Source: an uncultured Candidatus Saccharibacteria bacterium (GTDB taxonomy: Bacteria; Patescibacteriota; Minisyncoccia; Phycocordibacterales; Phycocordibacteraceae). From it: 64,000 nucleotides of DNA. Shown piece after piece: positions 8,695-19,879 of the stretch (within the stretch, counting starts at the first letter, position 1; every line of letters begins with the position of its first letter). The translations under genes were made by a program, and so were the position numbers. Under the pieces are notes generated by a model, which was given only the letters and a program-made list of their open reading frames with translations, did not search any database and was not told the origin of the DNA. The stretch covers positions 36,782 through 100,781 of the forward strand of contig CAYXYP010000001.1 of the NCBI GenBank assembly GCA_964469405.1, given 5' to 3'.

Positions 8695-9552
8695 TTACCA
8701 TACGAGCTTACCTAAAACTCCTGCTTCGAGCATGTTGAGATTAAATACATACTCGTTGTGATTGTATGTTTCTTCAAGAGGTCTCTTTGTAGTGTACCAA
8801 CCCAACCCATCAGTTATCCAAATAAAATCAATATTTTGAGCTTTCAGCTCATCATAAAGACTTCTGAATTCACCACACACGGCCTTCAGTTTTGAGCCAC
8901 CACCGTTATAAAAATTAGTTTCAAACAGTTTGATACTTTTATTCGTTGGGTTGTACACTGCAAAATCAAAACTTCGCTCTGATTTATCTATTTTCACGTC
9001 AACGCCCCACTTACTTTTTATGGCTGTAGAACGTGCTTGTGGCAAATACTCATAACCATTCTTGTTACAAAAATCACTTATGAATTCCCCTACAATCTCT
9101 TCCATCAGTGTGCCACCACGATTCTTACGGCCATTACTATCAAGACCGACCTCAACACCCATAACGTAGTCCACAAGATTCTTAACTCCATCCTTTTGGA
9201 ATAGTCGTGCGAGGCCAGATTTGTTGAGGAATTCAAAATACTTTGCTGGGTCTTTTTCTGTACCTGAGAAATCAAAGAACTCAGAATTCTTCGCAGCTTT
9301 ATCGAACACCTCGAGTTTATTCTCTCGTACGGCCAAAAGTACTGGCAGTGCCTTCACAATATCTGGGTTAGAACTATAGAGTTTCTTGAATTCGTCTTCC
9401 AGATTCTCTTTTCCGAGAAGATAATTGAGTTTATTGAGAGTTATCTCTAGATCAGAGCTATTCGCAAAGACCTTCTTCCAATTCACAAAATAGTCCCACG
9501 TCTTGATTGAACTCTTAAAAGTTGTGATGAGATTATTGAAGTCTTTGTCCAT
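8695..9552 (-). CDS. DpnII/MboI-family type II restriction endonuclease (GATC)
   Basis: DYVMGVEVGLDSNGRKNRGG, FDF, ETNFYNGGGSK, FIWITDG motifs typical of DpnII. Confidence 0.9.
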   Translation of the reverse strand: MDKDFNNLITTFKSSIKTWDYFVNWKKVFANSSDLEITLNKLNYLLGKENLEDEFKKLYSSNPDIVKALPVLLAVRENKLEVFDKAAKNSEFFDFSGTEKDPAKYFEFLNKSGLARLFQKDGVKNLVDYVMGVEVGLDSNGRKNRGGTLMEEIVGEFISDFCNKNGYEYLPQARSTAIKSKWGVDVKIDKSERSFDFAVYNPTNKSIKLFETNFYNGGGSKLKAVCGEFRSLYDELKAQNIDFIWITDGLGWYTTKRPLEETYNHNEYVFNLNMLEAGVLGKLVW

Positions 9553-9556
9553 AGTA

Positions 9557-10513
9557 TTAATAATTAGTCACCAGCACTTCCTTAATCTTCCCTCTTCCAG
9601 ACCCTTTTGAATTAATCGCCCGCCCAGCTTCTACTTTAGAGATTCGAACTCCCTTGAATCCGGAATAAATGCCATTGATGAATGGTGCGTCAGAATTTGA
9701 GAGCATCACGAAACATCCTCTGTTACTCAATTCAAGAAAAATATCACGCAGTTCCCACTGATCCTTTTCGGAAAAGCCATTGGACGTATATGAAGTAAAT
9801 GTCGCTGTTTTACTTACAGGATGATACGGTGGATCGAAGTACACAAAATCCCCCTTCTTTGCCTTCTTTAGAACTTGTTTGTAGTCCTGATGCTTTATCT
9901 CAACGTTTTTGAGTGCTCCTGAAATCTTCCGAAGATTCTCTTCGTCGCAGATTTTTGGATTCTTGCTGTAGCCAAAGGGCACATTAAATTCGCCTCGACT
10001 ATTCACACGGTACATGCCATTGAAGCCCGCGCGATTGAGATAGATGAAACGTGAAGCTACTTGAAGCGGAGAAAGTTTCTCTACTTTTTGTGCGCGTACC
10101 TTTAGAAAATACTCTTTACTATGAGCATGCTTCTTAAGCGCCTTAATGAGACTCTCTACATCGTTTTTTATTACGTTGTACGTTGTAACGAGCTCGAAAT
10201 TGAGATCAGAGAGAAATGCTTTTTTAGGAAACAGATCAAAGAATACAGCTCCTCCGCCGACGAATGGCTCAAAGTATTGGTCCTTGGTAGAGTCGAATTT
10301 CTCTGGTGGATAAAGGTTCATCAATCTGAACTGTCTGAGAAGCTGTCGCTTCCCTCCGACCCATTTTACAAACGGTTTCGGTTTTTCTTCTATTATTTTT
10401 GCGGCCTCATTTATGAAATCTTTAGAGGAGGTTAGACCGTAGACATTACGCGCATAAATGGCATTTATATCAAATTCCTGCTGTATCTTTCTGACTGCCT
10501 CAGCCGTGGTCAT
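9557..10513 (-). CDS. Dam/DpnM-family DNA adenine methyltransferase
   Basis: KWVGGK, EPFVGGGAV, FNGMYRVN, DPPY. Confidence 0.92.
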   Translation of the reverse strand: MTTAEAVRKIQQEFDINAIYARNVYGLTSSKDFINEAAKIIEEKPKPFVKWVGGKRQLLRQFRLMNLYPPEKFDSTKDQYFEPFVGGGAVFFDLFPKKAFLSDLNFELVTTYNVIKNDVESLIKALKKHAHSKEYFLKVRAQKVEKLSPLQVASRFIYLNRAGFNGMYRVNSRGEFNVPFGYSKNPKICDEENLRKISGALKNVEIKHQDYKQVLKKAKKGDFVYFDPPYHPVSKTATFTSYTSNGFSEKDQWELRDIFLELSNRGCFVMLSNSDAPFINGIYSGFKGVRISKVEAGRAINSKGSGRGKIKEVLVTNY

Positions 10514-10650
10514 ACACTAATACTTTAGCATTCTTGATGGATTTTGAAGCATTAGTTACCAACTCATCGAGCCTATAGGGCGGTCTGGACTCCCTGCGCG
10601 GGTTGCGTCATCCATTGTGGTAGGGCGAATTAGCAAGTAACCACAATGCA

Positions 10651-11988
10651 ATGAATAAGGCGGTATTTGAGGGTACAGACAGGGTTCTGGGGCTTAAACC
10701 AGAGGCCAAGGAGGCGGTAAAGGTGCGGTATTGCCTCTATGCCAGAAAGAGCACTGAACAGGACGAGATGCAGGCGCTCTCAATCGATTCGCAGATAAAG
10801 GAGATGACTGCACTCGCGGCTCGCGAAGACCTCGAAATTGTAGTGATTAAAAAGGAAAGCCATTCGGCGAAAGAGGCCAGCCAGCGGCCAGTCTTTAACG
10901 AGATGATCGACGAGATGCGCGCCGGTAAGTTCAACGGCATCCTGACCTGGGCGGCAGATCGTATTAGCCGCAATGCAGGCGACCTCGGGAGAGTCGTCGA
11001 TATGATGGACGCTGGAGTGCTCGTGCAGATACAGACGTATAGTCAGAAATTCTCGAACAATCCCAATGAGAAATTCCTGCTGATGATCCTCTGCTCGCAG
11101 GCGAAGCTCGAGAACGACAACAAAAGCATCAACGTGAAGCGCGGCCTACGCACACGCGCAGAGATGGGCATGCTCCCCGGCTGGGCTCCGGTCGGATATC
11201 TTAATGACACGCGGTCAGACCACAAATGCGAATATCTGCTCGACCCGATACGCTCCCCTATCGTGAAGCTTATCTTCGAAAAGGTCGGCAAAGAACGGTG
11301 GAGCGGAGTGAAGATATATCACTGGTTGCGAGAGGAAGTGAAGTTCACGACAAGAAGCGGGAAGAATATGAGTATCGGTACTCTCTACGAACTATTGAAA
11401 AACCCATTTTATTGCGGCGTCTTCGAGTATCCACGCGGGAGTGGCAATTGGTATGTCGGTAAGCACGAAGCGCTCATTACACGAGAACTCTTCGAGTTGG
11501 TACGCGAAAAGATCGTGTCAGAATCGAATCCAAAAAAACGAACGGGCGAATTTGCCTTCACTCGCCTGATGACTTGCAGCGAGTGCGGCTCTGGCGTCAC
11601 TTGCATGGATAAAGAGAAATTCGTAAAGATGCTCGGGACGACAAAGATTTACAGATATTACTTATGCACTCGAGCCCAAGACCGGCGATGTAAGAATCCG
11701 TACATTCGTGAGGATAATCTCATAGAACAACTCTCCGAAATCATCGATGGGATCGAGATAGACCGCCTTGGCGCGCGACACCTTATAGATAAAGAGGTCG
11801 CCAGATTCAACAAACTACGCTCACAGGTGCTAGGCGTAAAAGAGAAAGAAAAGGCACTCGAGATGGACGTGAAGCGTTATGCAAGATACCTGCTCGAGGA
11901 AGGCACTATCGAAGAAAAGCGACAGTTGCTTGAGCAGTTGCGCGGCAAGATCGTACTGAAAGATAAAGAAATCACGCTTTCAAATTAA
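10651..11988 (+). CDS. Large serine recombinase (resolvase + recombinase + Zn ribbon)
   Basis: YARKS catalytic Ser, DRISRN, APVGY, NPFYCG, CSECG...YYLC...C. Confidence 0.92.
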   Translation: MNKAVFEGTDRVLGLKPEAKEAVKVRYCLYARKSTEQDEMQALSIDSQIKEMTALAAREDLEIVVIKKESHSAKEASQRPVFNEMIDEMRAGKFNGILTWAADRISRNAGDLGRVVDMMDAGVLVQIQTYSQKFSNNPNEKFLLMILCSQAKLENDNKSINVKRGLRTRAEMGMLPGWAPVGYLNDTRSDHKCEYLLDPIRSPIVKLIFEKVGKERWSGVKIYHWLREEVKFTTRSGKNMSIGTLYELLKNPFYCGVFEYPRGSGNWYVGKHEALITRELFELVREKIVSESNPKKRTGEFAFTRLMTCSECGSGVTCMDKEKFVKMLGTTKIYRYYLCTRAQDRRCKNPYIREDNLIEQLSEIIDGIEIDRLGARHLIDKEVARFNKLRSQVLGVKEKEKALEMDVKRYARYLLEEGTIEEKRQLLEQLRGKIVLKDKEITLSN

Positions 11989-12480
11989 ACGAGCACTCAT
12001 AAGTTGAATAGATAACGCCTGATCACTCACTCGATACAGACGAGCAAGTGTTGGAATATCAGGAGAGGATTTATAGTCTTTCTTGAGAATTATTTTCGGC
12101 ATGAGGAGCTCGGCAGCAAAAACATTCGCTTCGGTTTCGTCATGCGATCCATCATCCTGTCTACCGGTGCAAGCATGACCCAAAAGTAAGTGGCCTATTT
12201 CATGAGCGATTGTGAAGCGACGACGACACCAGGGATGATTGCCATTAAACCCGATAGTTGCGTATTCACCGTCAACATCTTTGCAGGATACGAGCAACCC
12301 AGAGACTTTACTGCTGGCTTCAACACGGAGCACGGTTAGATTATGCTCGATTTGCAGGTATTCGATGACCTGTTGCAACGAGACGGGCGCATTTTTTATT
12401 TGTGCGTCCTTAACCAGTTTCTGCGCTAGTGTTATCGCCAGCTTTTTCCGCGCACCCAAATCTGGCAAATCATCGTACAT
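11980..12480 (-). CDS. ImmA/IrrE (CapP-like) metallopeptidase
   Basis: RRRFTIAHEIGH and ETEANVFAAELLMP; start MYDDL overlaps the HTH stop. Confidence 0.88.
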   Translation of the reverse strand: MYDDLPDLGARKKLAITLAQKLVKDAQIKNAPVSLQQVIEYLQIEHNLTVLRVEASSKVSGLLVSCKDVDGEYATIGFNGNHPWCRRRFTIAHEIGHLLLGHACTGRQDDGSHDETEANVFAAELLMPKIILKKDYKSSPDIPTLARLYRVSDQALSIQLMSARLI

Positions 12481-12814
12481 TTGGCCTGCGCTTCGCAAGA
12501 TTAATGAAGCGAGAGAGTGCGTCTTTATCCTCCTTACTGAGATCTGGGTCGGCGCGAAGAGCCACTTGAATATCGACGGGAGCATCCTCTTTCTGGCCGA
12601 GAAAAAATTTCACATCTCGCTGAAGTACTTCGCTCACACGCTGCAAAAGTGCGGCTGGGATACCTCGTTCACCCTTTTCAATCAAAGAGATGGCTGTTGC
12701 TGACTGGAAGCCGAGCGCTTCAGCCAACTCGGTCTGTGATAAATTCCTCTCCTCCCGGACTGCCTTTATCCTAGAGCCCATCGTATTGGCGCTTTTTCCT
12801 TCCTTTTTTATCAT
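12470..12814 (-). CDS. Xre-family HTH repressor (ImmR/CapH-like)
   Basis: RIKAVREERNLSQTELAEALG...ISLIEKGER. Confidence 0.9.
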   Translation of the reverse strand: MIKKEGKSANTMGSRIKAVREERNLSQTELAEALGFQSATAISLIEKGERGIPAALLQRVSEVLQRDVKFFLGQKEDAPVDIQVALRADPDLSKEDKDALSRFINLAKRRPNVR

Positions 12815-12919
12815 ATTCTAATTATAGACTTTTCAATTAGTATTGACAACAGCTTACCGATTTTGCTAAAATGGATTTAGCGTTCTGAAAAACGCCCTTA
12901 CAAAATCACCCGTCAAGCC

Positions 12920-13192
12920 ATGTTTACATACCTAGTCTCATACGACCTCATCCGCCCCCACAAAGATTATCCGAACCTCATCGCTTACATGAAGACCTTC
13001 AGCTCTTGGTCAAAGCCACTTGAGTCAGTCTGGCTAATTAAGAGTAGTGCTGGTGTCGAGCAGGTTCGCAATTCGATCCAGGTACATATGGACAGCAACG
13101 ACAAAATTCTGGTCGTTGACGTCACCAGCAGAGCTGCCGCTTGGGACAAACTCCCCGCGGAGGTTAGCACCTGGATCCATAGTTCATTATAA
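12920..13192 (+). CDS. Small Cas2/VapD-like ferredoxin-fold protein
   Basis: N-terminal YLVSYDL motif, LESVW, D-x-D-K-I-L-V; 90 aa. Confidence 0.55.
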   Translation: MFTYLVSYDLIRPHKDYPNLIAYMKTFSSWSKPLESVWLIKSSAGVEQVRNSIQVHMDSNDKILVVDVTSRAAAWDKLPAEVSTWIHSSL

Positions 13193-13208
13193 CCGAACGC
13201 GTACTACT

Positions 13209-14138
13209 ATGATCATCAAACAGAAGAGGATTCATAAACTTGAACCGTACACCCGTCTGATACCGACCGGGGACGACCTTGTGGTCGGTGTAGCAAGTCC
13301 CGCAGGGGACCGTCTCCGCGCCATCGGATTTTCTAACGCCCTTGAGAACGGCGAGACTGTGCTGCCTACACCAGTGGGACACACCAGCCTGTTCAATGCG
13401 GAGGGGAAAAATAAAATTAACCGCGACTTACCGAAGGAAACCCTATATCGCACCGCCGAGTGGACATGGACTGAGCTCCACGGAAAGGACCGCGTTGAGC
13501 GGACTGCCTTCGTTGACATACCCTACCAACGCTATCCACGTATACCTATTCCACCTCCGTCTATGGAGCTCGTTCTCGCGACAGATGCGGACGGAGTTCG
13601 CGTCGTAAGAACATCTATCATCAAGAATTGGAAAACCAGTCCTGATTCAGTAATTCACGCAGTGAACCTGATGCTTGAGCTGTTTGGTGAGTGTTTGTTC
13701 TACGATGCAGAAATGAAGCGTCTCATTGCCGCGCCAGTAAAGCGCTTGACCTGGAATCTACTTCCACCCGGAAGACGTCCATTCGCTGCCCTTAAGGCGA
13801 AGCTTGCCGAAGTACTCGCTGACGTGAAGACCGGTAAGCTATCGTTTACCGAACATCGCTTGGAGACAGTAAATGCGTATAAGCCAGACTTTGCGGCCGT
13901 TGGTAATGGCGGGTTTCGTGGCTACGTAGTGCTTGGCTTCGTAGATCGCAATCTGTATGTATTAGAGAGCTTACTGTATGGGAATGCGACTTATGTCTTT
14001 GAAGAGAACTGGGAAAACCTCTCAAAGAAGACGAAGGCAGAGATCCTTGATAAGCGACTTCAGAAAGAGCGTCTCGTTCATCATAAGAACTGGGCAGTCG
14101 ATGTTGCTTCGCTCTTGAAAATCGAGACGTCAAAATAG
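13209..14138 (+). CDS. Hypothetical protein (309 aa), candidate defense effector
   Basis: Long ORF starting 16 nt after the Cas2-like gene; followed by terminator; no recognisable domain. Confidence 0.75.
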   Translation: MIIKQKRIHKLEPYTRLIPTGDDLVVGVASPAGDRLRAIGFSNALENGETVLPTPVGHTSLFNAEGKNKINRDLPKETLYRTAEWTWTELHGKDRVERTAFVDIPYQRYPRIPIPPPSMELVLATDADGVRVVRTSIIKNWKTSPDSVIHAVNLMLELFGECLFYDAEMKRLIAAPVKRLTWNLLPPGRRPFAALKAKLAEVLADVKTGKLSFTEHRLETVNAYKPDFAAVGNGGFRGYVVLGFVDRNLYVLESLLYGNATYVFEENWENLSKKTKAEILDKRLQKERLVHHKNWAVDVASLLKIETSK

Positions 14139-14150
14139 TACTAGCAACAA

Positions 14151-14184
14151 ACGCAGAAGCCGCTCTTTCGAGCGGCTTCTGCGT
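14151..14184. terminator. Hairpin terminator between island operon and tRNA
   Basis: ACGCAGAAGCCGCTC-TTTC-GAGCGGCTTCTGCGT perfect 15-bp stem. Confidence 0.7.
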
Positions 14185-14253
14185 ACGTGATGCCTGGCGG
14201 TACTGTACTGGTCCCAATGGGGGCCGGTACTGGTTCCTGGCGTCACAACCGTG

Positions 14254-14542
14254 TTGCGGGGGCCGGAATCGAACCGGCGTCTGGAGGTTATGCTTACCAC
14301 TACAATTTTCATTGCCCTATAGTTTGTGGTCTGGACTATGCCTTCATCCGTCAACTTGCCGGATGTCTACCGTCTAGTCTCTACACCTTCCGAGTGACAA
14401 CCATCACAGGGCTTGGCTCGGTGTTGCCCTTCGTTATTCATGAGAGGGGTTCGCCGAATTTGGCAGATAATCTTGCGCGCAATTACTCACGCGTACGCCC
14501 GAATTTTTCAAGCCTCCCGAGGTACCTCTCCTCTACCCCGCA
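14254..14542 (-). tRNA. tRNA-Met(CAT), probably initiator, split by an intron (exons 14542-14511 and 14292-14254); no encoded CCA
   Basis: Spliced TGCGGGGTAGAGGAGAGGTACCTCGGGAGGCT|CATAACCTCCAGACGCCGGTTCGATTCCGGCCCCCGCAA folds as a cloverleaf; A11-U24 initiator feature. Confidence 0.9.
14293..14510 (-). ncRNA. Group I self-splicing intron (218 nt) in the anticodon loop between U33 and C34
   Basis: P1 GCU|UGAA..UUCGGGC with U-G at the splice site; R element GUAGAGACUA (14384-14375), S element GAAGGCAUAGUCC, terminal omega-G at 14293. Confidence 0.9.
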
Positions 14543-14639
14543 CAGAAAGTATACACATAAAAATATGTGCGGCAACATATTTTTATGGAACCTGTGACTA
14601 TAGTAATAATATGCCTGATATACTGGTACCATATACACT

Positions 14640-15341
14640 ATGAAGACTGCCTCAAAATTACGAGCCGAATCATTACGACACCGAGGGAAAAGTGTTAAAG
14701 AAATCGCCCTGAAAGTCGGCGTCAGCCAGAGCACGGCAAGCCGGTGGTGTGCTGGCATTATTCTCTCCATAGATCAGCGCGGTGCATTGGAAAGAAAGCG
14801 ACAAAAAGCAGGTGCAAAAGCCCTTGCTCCTTGGATACGCCGAAATCGTGATTTGAAAAAGAAGGACATCGAGAAACAGAGCCAGCAAGGCCGTCGAGAT
14901 ATACGTAAGTTAACAAAACGTGACTTGCTTACGCTTGGATTGGGTCTCTATTGGGGTGAAGGGTATAAGCGCGGTAGCCAAGAATGGGGGTTCACAAATT
15001 CTGATTCTGGAATGATACGAACTGTTCTTGTGTGGCTTCATGAATGTTACAACATACCGATTGAACGCATCATCGCAAAACTCACGATAAATCTACGGTA
15101 TAAAACTCAAACTGAGCGTCTGACGGACATGTGGGCGGACGAAACTGGTATCCCACTTTCTCAATTCGGGAAGCCAACGTTCATAAGCGGTTATAATAGT
15201 TCAAAACTAAATGAGCGTTCTTATCGAGGAACTCTTCGTATCAAAGTACGCAGAGGAACATCGCTCCGTCGACGTATTCTCGCAAGTATTGTCGAAATTA
15301 ATACTCAAATGACTTTGAATTCGCGAAAGACGGCAGAATAG
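14640..15341 (+). CDS. HTH + LAGLIDADG-like domain protein
   Basis: N-terminal HTH (SVKEIALKVGVSQSTASRW); LGLGLYWGEG resembles a LAGLIDADG helix, followed by FTNSD. Confidence 0.6.
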   Translation: MKTASKLRAESLRHRGKSVKEIALKVGVSQSTASRWCAGIILSIDQRGALERKRQKAGAKALAPWIRRNRDLKKKDIEKQSQQGRRDIRKLTKRDLLTLGLGLYWGEGYKRGSQEWGFTNSDSGMIRTVLVWLHECYNIPIERIIAKLTINLRYKTQTERLTDMWADETGIPLSQFGKPTFISGYNSSKLNERSYRGTLRIKVRRGTSLRRRILASIVEINTQMTLNSRKTAE

Positions 15342-15883
15342 CGGGCGATGGTACGCCGTGCGAGCGACTCGGAGAGATCGAACGCGGAACCTTCATGCGC
15401 TATTAGATTTCGTACTTTATGCGCCTCCCATGCGTCCTGAAGCGTATTGAAATGCACCTTATCGGCAGACTTTAACTTCTCGCCTACGCCGATACCAACA
15501 TACCCATTTCGCGTCAACATATCGTCGAGCATGATATCAGCCTCGATGATCGCCTCGCGCCACTCGCTCGGACTTGTCCCGCCTGCAAGCAATTCAATAT
15601 GTTGCCAACGCGAGGAAGTGCTTTCTGTGGCGCCGGCCTCGACAAGGAGTGTGCTGTAAAATTTGCCTTCGCGCTTGCGCAGATCGAAGAGACGCATGGT
15701 GGTATAGACGATAACGAGAAACCCAAAAACAGAGAGTATGTAACCAATGACAACAACCCAAACCCATAGATGTGCCAGAAACGAGGCGAGCCATGCAAGC
15801 CATGCTGAGCTGTAGCACGCACCATGGAAACACTCATACAGGAGGCGGAACCAATATTCAACATTGATTTGGTTTACGGGCAT
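15305..15883 (-). CDS. Hypothetical membrane-anchored protein
   Basis: N-terminal TM; AIIEADIMLD...GEKLK...AWEAHKVRNLIAHE. Confidence 0.7.
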   Translation of the reverse strand: MPVNQINVEYWFRLLYECFHGACYSSAWLAWLASFLAHLWVWVVVIGYILSVFGFLVIVYTTMRLFDLRKREGKFYSTLLVEAGATESTSSRWQHIELLAGGTSPSEWREAIIEADIMLDDMLTRNGYVGIGVGEKLKSADKVHFNTLQDAWEAHKVRNLIAHEGSAFDLSESLARRTIARYSAVFREFKVI

Positions 15884-15958
15884 ATGTGCTTAGTATAACG
15901 CGCTAAAAGAGGTCTGAGACCAAACGAACTGAGCAGCGGGATAGGAAAGCAAATATTT

Positions 15959-17383
15959 CTATACATTCTCAACAGCACTACCGAGAGTAAAGAGTGCACT
16001 TTCTCCCTGGTGCGGTGCCGTGAGATGCATACCCACAGGGAGTTTTTTCCCATCACGTTCGACCAAGCCCATCGGAACTGAAATCGCCGGCATGCCGGTG
16101 AGGTTCGCCGTCACGGTAAAAATGTCCTCAAGATACATGGAGAGAGGGTCGCTCTTCTCGCCGAATAGAAATGCCGGCGAAGGTGTCGTAGGAAAAGCAA
16201 TAACGTCAGCCTTCATAAAGGCATCCGTATATTCGCGCCGCAATACCGCGCGTGCCGCGTCCGCCTTACGATAATAAGCGTCGATGTAACCTGAAGAAAG
16301 CACAAATGTGCCTAGCAGAATGCGACGGCGCGTCTCCTCCCCAAAGCCCTCCGTACGCGAATTAATATAATCATCGAGCAATGTCTCTCCATGAGCAGCA
16401 AGTCCATACCGAATACCATCAAGACGTGCGAGATTCGTCGAGACCTCGGCGGGCATGATGACGTAATAAGCTGCGAGCGCGTGAGCACTTGTCGGCAATT
16501 CGATATCGACGAGAGTATGTCCGGCTTCAGCAAGCTTGTTAAGCATCGTATTGAAAACGACAAGGACGTCCGCATTAACTCCCGCACCAAGAAGATGTCG
16601 TGGGACTCCGATGCGAAGTTGCTTTGGGAGCTCACGCGTCCCATAGAGGCCGTCCGGAATAGTCGTGGAATCGAGGGGATCTATACCGCGAATTGCTTCA
16701 TACAGAATTTGAGTATCGGCAACCGATTTTGTGAGGGGGCCGATCTGATCGAGCGAGGATCCCATCGCGATGAGTCCTGATCGCGATACGCCACCATATG
16801 TCGGCTTCAGTCCCACTAGACCGGTAAATGATGCTGGTTGACGAACGGACCCGCCCGTATCAGAGCCCAGAGCGGCAATGGCGAGATGCGCAGCAACAGC
16901 CGTTGCAGAACCGCCGGAGGAACCGCCGGGCACGCGCTTAATGTCATGCGGATTTTTTGTGGTACCGAACGCGGAGTGTTCGGTTGAAGACCCCATAGCG
17001 AATTCGTCCATATTGGTGCGACCGAGAAAGAGCGCTCCCGCGTCTTTCAATTTTTTTATAACTGTCGCGTCATAGGTCGCGCGATAGTTCGCGAGCATCT
17101 TTGACGCTGCACTTGCGATCTTCCCTTCTATTAAAATATTGTCCTTTATCGCGAGCGGGATGCCACACATAAGAGGTGCTTTCTCGCCCTCAGTGTCGAT
17201 ACGTTTTTGTGCGGCAACTATCGCTACATCGTCTGCCTCAAATATTTCCAAATACGCATGTAGTTCCGGATTCTTCTCCTCGATTGCTTTGCTGCAAGCA
17301 TCCCAGAGATCGCGTACGGAAAAATCCCGCGCGCGAAGCGCGCGGGCTGCTTCGACTATCGTCATTTCATTTGGCTTTTTCAT
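15959..17383 (-). CDS. gatA: Glu-tRNA(Gln) amidotransferase subunit A
   Basis: IKDNI, PGGSSGGS, GSDTGGSVRQPA, RRILLG amidase motifs. Confidence 0.97.
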   Translation of the reverse strand: MKKPNEMTIVEAARALRARDFSVRDLWDACSKAIEEKNPELHAYLEIFEADDVAIVAAQKRIDTEGEKAPLMCGIPLAIKDNILIEGKIASAASKMLANYRATYDATVIKKLKDAGALFLGRTNMDEFAMGSSTEHSAFGTTKNPHDIKRVPGGSSGGSATAVAAHLAIAALGSDTGGSVRQPASFTGLVGLKPTYGGVSRSGLIAMGSSLDQIGPLTKSVADTQILYEAIRGIDPLDSTTIPDGLYGTRELPKQLRIGVPRHLLGAGVNADVLVVFNTMLNKLAEAGHTLVDIELPTSAHALAAYYVIMPAEVSTNLARLDGIRYGLAAHGETLLDDYINSRTEGFGEETRRRILLGTFVLSSGYIDAYYRKADAARAVLRREYTDAFMKADVIAFPTTPSPAFLFGEKSDPLSMYLEDIFTVTANLTGMPAISVPMGLVERDGKKLPVGMHLTAPHQGESALFTLGSAVENV

Positions 17384-17407
17384 ATGCAGAAGCTACCAAG
17401 AGAATAG

Positions 17408-17704
17408 CTACTCGTGAGAAATAATCTGCTTCACGACTAGCGCGTCACCTTTGCGCGCGGAAAACTGTGCCGCAATCTTCTCGGTATACATAGCGGGGGC
17501 GTGCGGTTCCCCGTCTACGCGCATGACATTCCGCAATGTTTGACCACGCCGCAAAGCCTCGCCTTGCGGAATCTCAACAGTGGAAATGGTCTCGACGTAC
17601 GCGAGTATCGCGTCAAATTCTTTCGTGAATTTCTCGAGCTCCGCATCCGCTACCTTGATGCGCGCGAGCGATGCTAGTTTTTTTACCTCCTCTACAGTCG
17701 CCAT
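17408..17704 (-). CDS. gatC: Glu-tRNA(Gln) amidotransferase subunit C
   Basis: EVKKLASLARI...ILAYVE...NVMRVD; upstream of gatA. Confidence 0.9.
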   Translation of the reverse strand: MATVEEVKKLASLARIKVADAELEKFTKEFDAILAYVETISTVEIPQGEALRRGQTLRNVMRVDGEPHAPAMYTEKIAAQFSARKGDALVVKQIISHE

Positions 17705-17717
17705 TGTTCGCACTCTA

Positions 17718-19804
<2,087 letters not shown>

Positions 19805-19806
<2 letters not shown>

Positions 19807-19864
19807 ATTTTTTCGACGGTATTCCAGCGAGAAAAATCATGTCGAAAATGAGCACATTTTCGAC
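19805..19864 (+). repeat. Two-hairpin dispersed repeat, copy 1
   Basis: TGATTTTTT..AAAAATCA plus GTCGAAAATGAGCACATTTTCGAC; relatives at 49375-49436, 54927-54987, 45707-45776. Confidence 0.7.
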
Positions 19865-19879
19865 CATACTCTCACACAC

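Larger units (their letters stand above)
2473..14253. mobile_element. Genomic/defense island integrated at the 3' end of tRNA-Met
   Basis: Serine recombinase, R-M, retron and phage-like genes; GGCGGTACTGTAC at 2483, 2623, 14196; GGGGGCCGG at 2553, 14219 and within the tRNA (14258); boundaries approximate. Confidence 0.75.

Noticed and set aside
12920-13192. CRISPR-Cas locus from the Cas2-like gene
   Set aside because: No cas1, effector gene or array in the window
14187-14597. 136-aa ORF across the tRNA and intron
   Set aside because: Antisense to the tRNA/intron with no protein motifs
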